Shown piece by piece: positions 1-13,980 of a DNA stretch of 64,000 bases. Numbering within the stretch: the first letter of the stretch is position 1; each line of letters begins with the position of its first letter. Location: positions 1,116,001 to 1,180,000 of the forward strand of contig NW_026781919.1 of assembly GCF_031769215.1 (NCBI RefSeq), in the 5' to 3' direction. This DNA comes from Ylistrum balloti (Eukaryota). The notes beneath the pieces are model-generated. The model was given only the letters and a program-made list of their open reading frames with translations. It had not been told where the DNA came from and did not search any database. Both the position numbers and the translations under genes were made by a program.

Positions 1-667
1 GTAATTCACCAACAATAGAGCTCATTAAGTTTATCATTGTTTTAATTATTCCAGCAAATGTGACGCTGTGCATCATATCCACCCCGCTTTATCGCTTCAA
101 GGAAACTCTTCGCAATTGCTTGGAAGAAAGATCAAAATCTTCCTACTAGGACAAGGGTGTCAGCTGTGATCGCATTTATTACATATGTCTTTCGATCAAG
201 AGTAACACACGAAAGAGAGAGATATATCTGTCTCCTATGATATTTCTTATCTAACATTGTTTTTCTTTACTGGAACAACGTAGACAACATTAGTTACAAA
301 GAAAGGTTGATGTAATTCAATCTTAACAAGAAAGCATTTACAAAAGAGGTCCCGGGAAAACTAAAGTAGCTTAATTAATAGCAAGACTAATGGCTCTCTG
401 TATAACATGTTCATAACCCGGCTGTGAGACCCTCTCTTCATGCTATTAAGAGAATATAGAGTGTGATTTCATCCTGATCAGATGGAATGCCAAGACATAT
501 TGAAATATCAACATCAGCACCAGTTGATGTTAGTAGTACATAGAGGTGCCCACATAGTCATTACAGCATCACACATTTCTAACTAGTTGTGCTTCTGGAA
601 ACTGTGTTTTAAGCCATGGATGTTTTAGTATCGTAGCACTATACTGTTTATGTGTTAACTTAAACTT

Positions 668-1010
668 TTTTTTGCTCCCCGAAAATTTTCAGGGGAGTTT
701 AAACTTGCTGCTTTGTCCGTCCATCTTTCTTTCCATCCGCCCTTTTGTGTCCGGAACATAACTTTGCCAACAGTATAGCAAGAATAATGGAATTTGGTAC
801 ATACATGGTCATACTAGGACGATGTACAGAGTACCACTAAATTACAGAGTTATCACCCTTTGTTAAAAGTTTTGAGTCCAGAGCATAGTTTTGCTTTCAT
901 TTAATCTAGGAAAACGAATATTTGCTATATACATTAGTCATAATTAGACGACGCGGATTTTATGAAATGCAGGGCTGAAACTCCTTATTTACAGAATTGT
1001 CCCTTTTTTA
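668..1010 (-). mobile_element. Non-autonomous element fragment (HINE/Helentron-associated or pearl-like)
   Basis: Hairpin CTCCCC-gaaaattttca-GGGGAG (675-697) beside a T-run, followed by a degenerate (GTCC)n tract. Related to 50755-51060 in the opposite orientation. Family assignment is from recalled resemblance only; the right boundary is approximate. Confidence 0.45.
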
Positions 1011-3171
1011 AATTTCATGTCTTATAAATTTGTTTCATGTGAGAATTCATCATGTTCACTGATATTTTGTTAACATATATTGTATTGAGTCAGGGAACAC
1101 AAAATAGCGATTCTCTAAATGTAATTAATACAGCGAAACAGTTTAAGCCAAGAGTACATTTCGTTTTTGTGTGGTGTGTATCAATAACACAAAAAAGATA
1201 ATTCTTGTAATTTAATTACAGACTGCGATATTTTTTGTTTTATCTCTGACAATGTCGGGGCAGTTATAATAATTGACGTTATTTGTTATTTGAGATTTTC
1301 AAACAAATTACTCTTCCATAAATACTTCGTAATGTTTTATTAGATAAATTGCGCGATGATATTTCAATAGCAGAACGATACACTATTAATATTTACGACG
1401 AAATATCACTATGGTAACGCCTATAATATTTAGAACTATAATTGGTCCCGCCATCTCACAGTCACACCTCAACCACATACAGGGAAATCGGAAGTTTGCT
1501 ATGCGATTAGTCATTTTCCAATTATTTTGTTTAAAATTTAAAAAATACATTATTCAGATATGTTGCTATTTCAGTAGCAACCTTGGTGTCAAAGGCAACA
1601 TACTCAAATCCTTTAACAGTTGTGTGTGTGTGTTTTTTTTTAAGATAGTATGAAATTTATTTGTATTTTCTCACAAAGCTGACATAGATGTTAAGTTACC
1701 TGGTGAACACGGTGTGGTGTGGCTATGAATGGCTTTACTTCCTACTCACAATACTAACTCCATTGTATATCAGTGAGTTATGTAGACACTGACAAGTATA
1801 GAACAGGTTTACGTTCAGAATACACAATATCACCTGACCTGTTACCATAGACACAGTCTGAAAAGTATCAGTTAACCCATATATATGGTCGTTAAAACTT
1901 CCAAATTTAGTATATCTCTCAAACTCGTGAAGTGGATCGGCTCTAAACGAGAGTATTGTTAACATTTTAGAAGTAACCACAATAAGACCTAAAATGGACG
2001 ATCCTTTAAGCAGTGCCTAACTAGCGAACAGTATATTTTGCTTACAGTTAAATCTATTATAATATCGTTCGGATTAAAAACAGGATCTAGATAATTTTTT
2101 AATTGACAGTGCGGAGTACCACATGTTTCCGGAAAATGATATATTTCATTATGATTCATTTCATCATGATTCTCAAATATTCACTCTAAGGAGCGTTTCA
2201 GTGTTTCTTTTCCCATCGTCTCGGTTAATAGCTTTTGTAGGTTAATAAAAGTATGTGCCCAACTTTTCAGAAGTCATCAATATTGTATATTGTCCATTGC
2301 ATTTTTAACGTGTATTGAGAATACTAAGATGTTTCTATCTCAAACACCAGTAACGATTAACCTATATTCAATAGGAAAGGTTGGAACATAATACTATTCT
2401 GAAATACCATGCCCCTGTGTAGGTGTTAATGTCACACAGCATGTTAAGTTTTGGCGGTTAGGGTCACACGCGGACGCCATTGACCTATGACCTTCATGGA
2501 GATGTAAATTACACGAGCTCTACACATGGTATAAGTTTGTCCCATTAAGCCCTTCGCACAAGCATAACAACAAAAAGTATATAAATTGCCCATCTAAACC
2601 CTGACGACATATTCCGAGAAATTCATTGGCACGTATATGGTGCCATAAAAACGTGAGAATACCGGTCGCCTGACCACTTTTACAAATGATTTTTTATAAC
2701 AGCTTGATACTACAACTCAATTTGTCTCCTCGTAACCGGCAATCGATCAGCTTATAGTCTGTAGGATGACATACATTAGTCAGTCGACAATATCTGTATA
2801 TAGATTGGTCATTGCGTGTGAGATTGCCTCGATGCAGTCCTTCGAGACTTCTCGTTGCTATGACTTTCAGCGCTGAAAAAAACCTTCCCAGTAATTTGTC
2901 ATACAGCAAACAATATATTGCACGAATCAATACAGCGCATCATTATTACACAATTTTAATGTCCCTTCAGCCAAATAGTTCTCATATTAGCGATTAGTAT
3001 ATCGGACACCTGTGGCCAAAAAGGGTATTCTTGGTTTCAGTCTTTGATCGGGTGGGATCATACTTGTCCGGTATGGTTACTAGAAACGGATCTGATCCCA
3101 TCAGAACCGATATCATTATTCTGAATACAGAATATTAATTATGAAACTAAGGACTACGCGTTGTGTGTTGG

Positions 3172-4887
3172 CCTTCTGTGGTGTTCAGAACTACCAGGCT
3201 GTAAACCTTGAATGGTGCTCAGAACTACCAGGCTGTAAAGCTTATATGGTATTTAGAACTACCAGGCTGTAAACCTTAAATGGTGCTCAGAACTACCAGG
3301 CTGTAAAGCTTATATGGTGTTCAAAACTACCAGGCTGTAAACCTTAAATGGTGCTCAGAACTACCAGGCTGTAAAGCTTATATGGTGTTCAAAACTACAG
3401 GGCCGTAAACCTTGGGTGGTGTTCAGAATTACCAGGCTGTAAACATTGAGTGGTGTTCAGAACTACCAGGCTGTAAACATTGAGTGGTTTTCAGAACTAC
3501 CAGGCTGTAAACATTGAGTGGTGTTCAGAACTACCAGGCTGTAAACATTGAGTGGTGTTCAGAACTATCAGACTGTAAAGCTTCTGTGGTGTTCATGACT
3601 ATCAGACTGTAAAGCTTCTGTGGTGTTCAGAACTACTAGGCTGCAAACCTTAAATGGTGTTCAGAACTACCAGACAGTAAACCTTGAGTGGTGTTTAGAA
3701 CTACCAGACTTCAAACCTTGAGTGGTGTTCAGATCTACCAGGCTGTGAACATTGGGTGGTGTTCAGAATTACCAGGCTGTAAACCTTGGGTGGTGTTCAG
3801 AACTACCAGGCTGTAAACCTTGGGTGGTTTTCAGAACTACCAGGCTGTAAACCTTGACTGGTGTTCAGAACAACAACGCTGCAAAGCTTCTGTGTTGTTC
3901 AGAACTACCAGGCTGTAAACCTTAAGTGGTGTTCAGAACTACCAGGCTGTAAACCTTGGGTGGTTTTCAGATCTACCAGGCTGTAAACATTGAGTGGTTT
4001 TCAGAACTACCAGGCTGTAAACATTGAGTGGTGTTCAGAACTACCAGGCTGTAAACATTGAGTGGTGTCAGTCAACTGTAAAGCTTCTGTGGTGTTCATG
4101 ACTATCAGACTGTAAAGCTTCTGTGGTGTTCAGAACTACTAGGCTGCAAACCTTAAATGGTGTTCAGAACTACCAGACAGTAAACCTTGAGTGGTTTTCA
4201 GAACTACCAGACTTCAAACCTTGAGTGGTGTTCAGATCTACCAGGCTGTGAACATTGGGTGGTGTTCAGATCTACCAGGCTGTGAACTTTGAATGGTATT
4301 AAGAATTACCAGGCTGTAAAGCTTCTGTGGTGTTCAGAACTACCAGGCTGTAAACCTTGAGTGGTGTTTAGAACTACCAGACTTCAAACCTTAAGTGGTG
4401 TTCAGATCTAACAGGCTGTGAACATTGGGTGGTGTTCAGAATTACCAGGCTGTAAACCTTGGGTGGTGTTCAGAACTACCAGGCTGTAAACCTTGGGTGG
4501 TTTTCAGAACTACCAGGCTGTAAACCTTGACTGGTGTTCAGAACAACAACGCTGCAAAGCTTCTGTGTTGTTCAGAACTACCAGGCTGTAAACCTTAAGT
4601 GGTGTTCAGAACTACCAGGCTGTAAACCTTGGGTGGTTTTCAGATCTACCAGGCTGTAAACCTTGGGTGGTTTTCAGAACAACCAGACTGTAAAGCTTCT
4701 GTGGTATTCAGAACTACCAGACTGTAAACTTTGAATGGTGTTAAGAATTACCAGGCTGTAAAGCTTCTGTGGTGTTCAGAACTACCAGGCTGTAAGCCTT
4801 CTGTGGTGTTCAGAACTACCAGGCTGTAAACCTTGGGTGGTATTCAGAACTACCAGGCTGTAAACCTTGACTGGTGTTCAGAACAAC
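3172..4887. repeat. 34-bp minisatellite, about 50 copies
   Basis: Unit GGTGTTCAGAACTACCAGGCTGTAAACCTTGAGT with variants. A block of about 500 bp is duplicated internally (catgactatcagac near 3596 and 4097). Confidence 0.95.
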
Positions 4888-6707
4888 CGGAACTTCCAGA
4901 ATCTAACCACATGTAGTGTTAAAACTCTTCGGCCCTAACTTTCACTTCATATCGTTTACGGTGCTTTTGAAGCTAAGCTTAAAAACTTTTCATAAAAAGC
5001 ACGTTTTATACTCAGTACGAACAGCGCGTGTTAGAATTTTAACAGACAACAATTTATGAAATTAACGTGGATACTTTTTGTATTCATAGAATATTTGTCG
5101 TATTAAAAGGGGAGATAACAACTCAGCAAAGTTTTGCAATCTGAGTTTGACTGTTGGGTGCAGTTAAATAGGACTCAATCACCTATTGTAACGATGACCG
5201 TTTTTTTATCACAGCAAATCCACGAGTTATCTGTCAAATAGGCAAGTGTTATCGTGTCAGTTCTGAGAGAATTTCGTGAAATATGGGTGAATTTTGTGAT
5301 CACGAAATCGCGGTAATTGGTCGTTCATGTTTCCGTATCGTTCACGCCTTTCGCCATCACTAAACGAACAAACATCTAGTCACTGTACTTATTTATATCA
5401 GGTTAACCATCAGATCACTCTGTCTAAGTTAATCAAGATATCGGGACACGACGAGTCATTGTGTAAATAGACAAATGATAATCTAACAGCAACATCATGT
5501 GCGTACATAGATATATAATATAGGTCACCTATTTGTCCGAACTCCTCCACAACCTACATCTGGTTTACACAAGACTCCCTAGGGCACACACAGTCGGTCG
5601 ATACACACGTATACAAAGGTCCCTTAAAAGGTCCCTACACAAGAAGTACCTCTTCACACCATCCCGACCTCTCACACACGTACACAGAGGGCGCTCCTAT
5701 ATACACCGAAAATGCAAATAAATCATTTCATTCTTCCCTGAAAGTCCGAAATAGTGGGCGTAAAACCTGTTTAACAAATAACAAAGTATTCAACATTCCC
5801 TTATGTGAGTGACGAACTACTAAACAGTATGATAATATGAGAGACGGTCTCGGATCGCTTTCAGCGGGACGTGAGGACCACACCAGGCCATAATGACCTT
5901 TCTGACTTCCCATTAACAAAGTATTCACGGACATCTAGATAAGACTAATGGACTTAAAAGTTATTACTTTAGTGTCATTCGACTGCTTTGAAATTGATCA
6001 ATTTTCTACAATAAGGTGTTAACTTTAACATGGACTTTATGAGAAAACACGGTGTCTATTTTTGAATACTGACCGCTCCATCTATAACAACCCTGCCCTA
6101 CGTAGCCTGTTTAGAAGACATGCGAGACATACCTTAGACATTTTTGTGTATCAGAGTGTAGACACTTTTCCATAGAATCACCCAAAATGTCTCAAATTCG
6201 ATTAACTAAGTTATAAACTGTAATATTTCTTTATGTGTGTAAATTCAAACTTCAGGAAATGTGATGATTAATTTAGTTGAATTCAAGAAAATTTCGATTG
6301 AAAAGAAGATCGTTCACCGGAGGTTTGACAGATAACAAGGTGTGTGTATGAACCACTTGTAGTGTAGGTCACGGTAATTCTGTCGATTAAAGCGAAAACC
6401 AGCATTTGTTTATCAGATTTAACTGTGTAATCCCCGCTGTGAGAGTCACCCTCAATAATATTGTTATCGCTGTTTACCTAAAGGATTTATCTATGTCTAC
6501 AGAACCTAATAATGATATTAAATATCTAATATCTCACCAGGATCATGTTAAATCCCAGACTCTATTCGTGAGAACAATCTTTGCTTTACACATCCCTTTA
6601 ACATCAATCAATAAATCGCTGAACTATCTAAATATGTTATTATAGTTGATCTACATACAAAGATAAAAAAAACTGATGTGCAATAACGCGAAAAGGGGGT
6701 CATAGAG

Positions 6708-7410
6708 GACGTTATGGTGTGATTATTGATGACGTTATGGTGTGACTATTGATGACGTTATGGTGTGACTATTGATGACGTTATGGTGTGACTATTGATG
6801 ACGTTATGGTGTGATTATTGATGACGTTATGGTGTGACTATTGATGACGTTATGGTGTGGATGACGTTATGGTGTGACTATTGATGACGTTATAGTGTGA
6901 CTATTGATGACGTTTTGGTGTGACTATTGATGACGTTATGGTGTGACTATTGATGACGTTATGGTGTGGATGACGTTATGGTGTGACTATTGATGACGTT
7001 TTGGTGTGACTATTGATGACGTTATGGTGTGACTATTGATGACGTTATAGTGAGACTATTGATAACGTTATGGTGTGACTATTGATGACGTTATGGTGTG
7101 ACTATTGATGACGTTATAGTGTGTCTATTGCTGACGTTTTGGTGTGACTATTGATGACGTTATGGTGTGACTATTGATGACGTTATGGTGTGGATGACGT
7201 TATGGTGTGACTATTGATGACGTTATAGTGTGACTATTGATGACGTTTTGGTGTGACTATTGATGACGTTATGGTGTGACTATTGATGACGTTAAGGTGT
7301 GACTATTGATGACGTTATGTTGTGGATGACGTTATGGTGTGACTATTGATGACGTTATGGTGTGGCTATTGTTGACGTTATGATGTGACTATTGATAACG
7401 TTATGGTGTG
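6708..7410. repeat. 23-bp minisatellite, about 30 copies
   Basis: Unit GACGTTATGGTGTGACTATTGAT, with occasional shortened units. Confidence 0.95.
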
Positions 7411-8670
7411 AAACACCGGATTGTAATATAAAACTGCAATATTTATTTGTATACAAAATATCTACCTACATGCTAACCTTGCAGTGGTATTGGGTACGCT
7501 TGAGAAGACCCTGTTATTCGACAGGACTTCAAGACAAGAGCGTCATATTTCAGACATCTAGGTTAGAGTTTTAAGTTCATCAACGGTCTTCAGCAGTACA
7601 CAGAAACAATATACAGCGGAGAAAAAAAAAAGCATTCCCGAAATATCTTTTAGAACCATAGGTCTTTGTGTGATCCATCAAAGCCGAACTGTTGTCATCC
7701 ATGATATCAGAGTATCAGCTATTACAAAAGGGAAACTTTTCTACTAGATACACGGCGATACTCTTACCTAAGCAAAAGAAAAAAAGTACGTATAAGCGCA
7801 ATCAGTGTGGCGCGTCTACATTACATTATTACTCCTCTGTCGGTTCATTATTTGATCATTGAGCTGGAAATTACCTACTACAATGCAACATATAGGTTTT
7901 AGTACGATGGCCGACATGAGTCTGACAAATAAAAAATTAATTTTCACGCCTTTTTCTAACATGGTACTTGTTTCTATGGAACACAAAGATACGAAAGCAA
8001 ATTTAAATTATAATTCAAACCATTTGACCAGGCTCTTTTCGCCCGACATTTTTGATATAAGATTTGCTCAGATAAAGTCGAGCTTGTCTTATTCTCTGCC
8101 GTGTTTGTTATCCCGACAGTTATAAATAATTAATTATCCGGCTCATATATTTTCTGAATAACATCTATAATTAATTCGGTGATTAATCATTCAAGTGGTT
8201 TTAGAGCTTACATGGAGAGACAGCAGGTAGTTATTCAGTAGACTAATTAAGTAAGGTTTTGTACTGTTTTGATAGTTTCACGCGTAATTGAGTTCATGGC
8301 GGCGTATCTCAATCCCGAAAGTTGTGTAATACAAGGACAAAATAACGATTGATACATACATTGCAAACCATCTAATCTTTTCACTACCTGCCAACACCCC
8401 CGCTTCCAGTCACTTTGAACCCTACCTACCATTATCCCAACTCTTCTCCACTCCTCAGATACCAATATTTCTTCCTTCTACTCTTCTGATCATACACTTT
8501 CAACCATTAACCCGTCCCCGATTCCCTCACCACCTTCCAGCACCTCCATGAGCAACAAATCACTTCCATTCAAGTTTCTACTCCATCTTATTTTTTTTTC
8601 AGACAATCCCCACACACTCTCAAACAACAGTATTTAAGCCTTTCTACTTCCACTACTTATCATCCATACC

Positions 8671-10117
8671 CAATACGTCACACTCTCAACAATACGTCAC
8701 ACTCTCAACAATACATCACACTCTCAACAATACGTCACACTCTCAACAATACGTCACACTATCAACAATACGTCACACTCGAAGCAATACGTCACACTCT
8801 CAACAATATGCCACACTATCAACAATATGTCACACTCTCAGCGATGCGACACACTCTCAGCAATACCTCACAGTCTAAGAAATACATCAAACTCTCAGCA
8901 ATACGCCACACTCTCAACAATACGTCACACTCTCAGTAATACGTCACACTCTCAACAATACGTCACACTCTCAACAATACGTCACACTCTCAACAATACG
9001 TCACACTCTCAACAATACGTCATACTCGCAGCAATGCGTCACATTCTCGACAATACGTCACACCCTCAACAAAATGTCACACTCTCAACAATACGTCACA
9101 CTCTCAACAATACGTCACACTCTCAACAATGAGTAACACTCTCAGCAATTTGTTACACTCTGAACAATGCGTCACACTCTCAGCAATACGTCACACTCTC
9201 AACAATACGTTACACTCTCAACAATACTTCACACTCTCAACAATACGTCACACTCTCAACAATACGTCACACTCTCAACAATACGTCACACACTCAACAA
9301 TGCGTAACACTCTCAGCAATTCGTCACACTATCAACAATAGGTCACACTCTCAACAATACGTCACACACTCAACAATGCGTAACACTCTCAGCAATTCGT
9401 CACACTATCAACAATAGGTCACACTCTCAACAGTACGTCACACTCTCAGCAATTCGTCACACTCTCAGCAATGAGTCACACTCTCAACAATACGTCACAC
9501 TCGCAGCAATACGTCACACTCTCAGCAATGCGTCACACTCTCAACAATACGTCACACTCTCAACAATACGTCACACTCGCAGCAATACGTCACGCTCTCA
9601 GCAATGCGTCACACTCTCAACAATACGTCACACTCTCAGCAATGCGCCACCATCTCAGCAATACGTCACGCTCTCAGCAATGCGTCACACTCTCAACAAT
9701 ACGTCACACTCTCAGCAATGCGTCACACTCTCAACAATACGTCACACTCTCAGCAATGCGCCACCATCTCAACAATACGTCACACTCTCAGCAATGCGCC
9801 ACCATCTCAGCAATACGTCACGCTCTCAGCAATGCGTCACACTCTCAACAATACGTCACACTCTCAGCAATGCGTCACACTCTCAACAATACGTCACACT
9901 CTCAGCAATGCGTCACACTCTCAACAATACGTCACACTCTCAGCAATGCGCCACCATCTCAACAATACGTCACACTCTCAGCAATGCGCCACCATCTCAG
10001 CAATACGTCACGCTCTCAGCAATGCGTCACACTCTCAACAATACGTCACGCTCTCAGCAATGCGTCACACTCTCAACAATACGTCACACTCTCAGCAATG
10101 CGCCACCATCTCAACAA
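8671..10117. repeat. 19-bp minisatellite, about 75 copies
   Basis: Unit CAATACGTCACACTCTCAA; (G)CAATGCG and CCACCAT variants become more common toward the right end. Source of the SHSQQ-repeat ORFs. Confidence 0.95.
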
Positions 10118-10139
10118 CATCAACAGCACACTCATACTA

Positions 10140-10800
10140 CTCAAATAACCTTCTCAAACCTTTCCAAAAAACTACACTACTCTTCAACAACACCTACTGA
10201 CATCCGCTAATGGTCATTTGACGCCTTTCCAACAAAACCTTTAAATATTGTCAACAACAACATATGAATCTCCGAACAGCTTCCTAAAGATCTTCTCAAC
10301 AACACCATCAAGTCTTCCCGACAACACTCTGGAACTCTGCTAACAACACCATTGAGTCTTCCCGACAACACCCTGGAACTCTGCCAACAACACCATCAAG
10401 TCTTCCCGGCAAAACCCTGAAACTCTGTCAACAACACCAGAAAATTTTCCCGGCAACACCCAGAAACCTTCCAAACACCAACAAACCTTCCAAACAACAT
10501 CCTGAAATTCGTCCAGCAGCACCAGCAAACAATTCAGACGACGCCCTCAAACTTCCAAACAAGATCCTCAAACCGTTCCACCTGCTCAACAACCTCCTTA
10601 ACCAACCTTCCTTCCAAATAAAATTATGGAAATCTTCTAACAACACAATCAAACCCTCCCGATAACGTCCCCAAACTCTCCCAACAACACCCCTAAACTC
10701 TCCCAACAACACCATCAAAGTTCTCCGACAACACCCCCAAACCCCTCCAACAACACTCCAACGACACCCTCAAACTTCTGCATCAGATTTTCAAACCTTC
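10140..10800. repeat. Degenerate C/A-rich tandem repeat (about 44-bp period)
   Basis: Recurring AACAACACCATCAAGTCTTCCCGACAACAC(T/C)CTGGAACTCTG units that decay on both sides. The + strand is strongly G-poor. Confidence 0.7.
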
Positions 10801-11070
10801 CCAGAAATACTCCCTGTAACCTATTAAACAACCCCTTCACACATTTGTAACATCGGTACTTCTCTCTTCTTCCCTCACCTCCTCCTCCTCCTCCTTTGAA
10901 GTTCCTACATAGATCATATTGATTTTATCTGTCAATGAGTAAGGTAACACACATCCTTACCAATTATGTTTCTTTATGTTTGTTTATTAAATATAAGTCA
11001 GTATCCGGAATCCGGAAACTGGTCAGAATAACTGAAAATAATCCGTCTTCACGTGTTAATTAATTCAGGC

Positions 11071-11263
11071 TGGCCTCCGAGTGGTATGGAGGCTGACCAC
11101 GTGTGGGGACCGTGAGGTTAGAATTCCTAAGTGACCCTTGAATGTTCCCATCTTACGTAAACATACTGGCCTCCGAGCCGTATGGAGACTGACCACGAGT
11201 GGGGACCGTGAGGTTAGAATTCCTAAGTGGCCCTTGAATGGCCCCATCGTACGTAAACACACT
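11071..11263. repeat. 96-bp tandem duplication, GC-richer than flanks
   Basis: GGCCTCCGAG... at 11072 and 11168; two near-identical copies with hairpin potential (GCCTCC/GGAGGC in copy 1). Confidence 0.85.
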
Positions 11264-12062
11264 GTATATACAGTACATCTGATATTACTCATTCTCCTTA
11301 CAATCGTACATTGATTGAAACACGTGTAGAGACATACATACTACATGTATACACATTGTAAGTCAAACCATATTTATGTCATTTTATTCATCTAGATATA
11401 TAAAAAGTATATAATTATATTGTAAAATATGTGATAGTATCGCTTAAATACGCACTTTTAGATCCTTTGGTGAATTAGACGCGAGCTTGCGTGAAAACAG
11501 ACCGGGCTGTTACCATAATAACGTTGGCCGCACTACGTACATACACAACGAGTGAAAGAAAAATATGAAAATAGAATAGTTATGTTTAAAACACGTGTTA
11601 CACACCAACAGCTGGTTTGAATGTCTAGCCATTATGTGGTTGTGCCAGTAACGCTTCAGTTGCTTAGCAACACAGCTAAACGTGCATCTAGCAGTCTAGT
11701 TCTTCAGCTTTCTAACACTATGGGTCCTTACGTGCTTTTCATCCCAAATGGTGAGATCTTTTACCAAGTGCATCCATGGAATCTAATTAATTGATGATAA
11801 AAATCGGGTTTCAAAGCAAAATGCAGTGTTTGGAAGGACATGGTCTGAAAGAGGTAGTGTCTGTTCCCAAGTATAAAAAGGTTCCCGTGCAGATCTAATT
11901 TTTTCAAATATTTTCATTTTTTTATATTCTAATCACCTCATGGAAACTGATGGGCAAAAACGTTTGGACTGCTGTATTGTTCAATAGCAAAGACATTCAG
12001 AGTCCTGCTTATTAATTGATTTTATGTTCATGTTTCATGTTAAAAATCAACAGTTTTGAAAA

Positions 12063-12615
12063 ACAAAAGGCCCACGGGCCTTAACGGTCAACTGACTATA
12101 AAAAACTTTCAGCAGGGAGTTATTTTTGCTTCTTTGAATGAAATCTTACTGAGAAGCTGATTTCCATGATGCGAATGATATTTTTGGTGAGAAGTAGGTA
12201 ACTGTAACAAGTGTTACCTATTTACTGACAGAAACGTTTGAGCTCAAACCAACTGGTGAAGAAATTTTAAATAGATGTTGAACAGGAAAACCATGATTTC
12301 ACAATCGTGTTACAAAATGGAAGTTTAGACAAGGGCGAAAAATAACAACAATCTGTTGGCTACCGTACCTTAACATTCTCACCAATTTTTAAGTTTCAAA
12401 TATGTTTTTCAAGATGGCGGTCATTACGGCCATTTTTTATTTCAGAACTATCCGAAAAATAAAAACACTTGGTCAGGACCATCTCAGGATAATTTCATGC
12501 AAGTTTGAGCTCAATCCCACTGTTAGAACTTTAGAAGAGATGTCAAAAGTTTACACACGGCGTACGACGACGGACGAAGTACAATGGCTATAGGTCATCA
12601 TGACCCTTTGGTAAA
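12063..12615 (+). mobile_element. Non-autonomous element with terminal hairpins (HINE/Helentron-associated-like)
   Basis: 5' ACAAAAGGCCCACGGGCC hairpin and 3' GGTCA-tca-TGACC hairpin followed by ctttggtaaaaa. Architecture resembles abundant bivalve non-autonomous repeats (from memory, not searched). Confidence 0.45.
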
Positions 12616-13980
12616 AATGTATCAGTATTGTACTTCCGTTCTCGTAAGCCATCAACGTTTCGGAGAATTTCGAACCTTGTGAAATACAAATGGATTTATA
12701 TGGATCAAAATTAAGAAGTCATTACGAGTTGCTGCATAAAGCTTTCAATCTGACAAAGATCAAGGTCACAAAAAAGTTCAACGACAAAGGTCAAGGTCAC
12801 ACAAACTTTTCTACGGTGAAGGCTATGTGTTTCTTCAATCAAATTTTACAGCGTCTTGTCATTCTCCTAGAATACCCCTTGGGCAGCAATAATGTATGCT
12901 TGTACGCTTAAGCATACGGTCGAATCAGCGATTATTACTCACGGAAACTATTTACTGCGTTTTGTCATTTTTGTTGAATAAAATGTGCTGGTGTAAATAA
13001 GATACTTCTGACTAGCTAATACCCGACAGCGACCACCCCTTTTGGACGAAGCACGTATTGACTAAGGAATACGATTGGTAACAGTTGTCTCTTTCATTGA
13101 GAATCTGGATCAATATCACGTTGCAAAATACTTGAAATTGATAATATCGATTTTTCAAACTGTAGCAATATTCAACAATTGACCCCTGAGTTACTTAACC
13201 CGATTAGTAAACAACCACTTTAAATGTGACGATATACAATTTCCGATAACCATTCATAGCTTGCTAGTTCAGTCGAGTTCTTACGCTCGTTGATACTAAA
13301 CCCGGATATTATCACTTCCTTAGTGCACCCAGCTGAAGCTGGAAAAGAAAATACGAGTGAAGTAGCTCTCGTCAATTTCCCGAATGTGGTAAAATGTTCA
13401 CTGTCATTTAGCGTTAACTAGAGGAGTTTTCAGTGTCGATAAGTAGATTGTATTGATCAGTAAATATTCATGAATATTTCAATAATCTGCATTTAACATT
13501 CGTCTGATTAATACTGAAGAAAAAACAAGAACGGAAAAGTGATGTGTGTGCACGGAAGTCCGCCTAGCTAGCTGGTGTTTAAATCATAATGGTTATACAT
13601 ATTTCATATCACTGTTTTTCAATTCAGAATTCAAATATCAAATATTCCGCATCGTTATAGAACTAATAGTGTTCACACCGTGATTCCTTTATGACCCTGT
13701 CTTTGTCCAATGAACGGTAGGCTATTGTTGATAAAACTTAAGTGCACAATCACCCAATGAAAACACATATTCACCTGAAATATTTGTCTATACAGATTCG
13801 ATATTTTTTCTCGCTTTACGCGTAAACGAGTTATATGAGGATATGTAAATTTCAGCCATTGTTTTCCTGTGTGAGGCTATACTCAATTAAACAAACGCGT
13901 GAGTAAAACAGTGACTTGTGATAATATTAAATAACCCAGTTAGTGAGGCGACTACTTAAATATATGAAGTTTTGTCACAA

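Noticed and set aside
3172-4887. CRISPR-like appearance of regular 34-bp repeats (also other arrays)
   Set aside because: Units are contiguous with no unique spacers, there are no cas genes, and the context is eukaryotic.
8827-10210. Long ORFs with SHSQQ/TLS repeats (up to 225 aa)
   Set aside because: They arise from a 19-bp minisatellite open in several frames; no splice or start context.
6708-10900. Bona fide foldback transposon
   Set aside because: The arms have different unit lengths and I found no TSD or matched termini, so it is reported only as a shared-core observation.
11071-11263. HDV-like or twister ribozyme call
   Set aside because: I could not place P1/P2 for the HDV fold or the T2 pseudoknot for twister, so it is kept only as an unidentified structured repeat.
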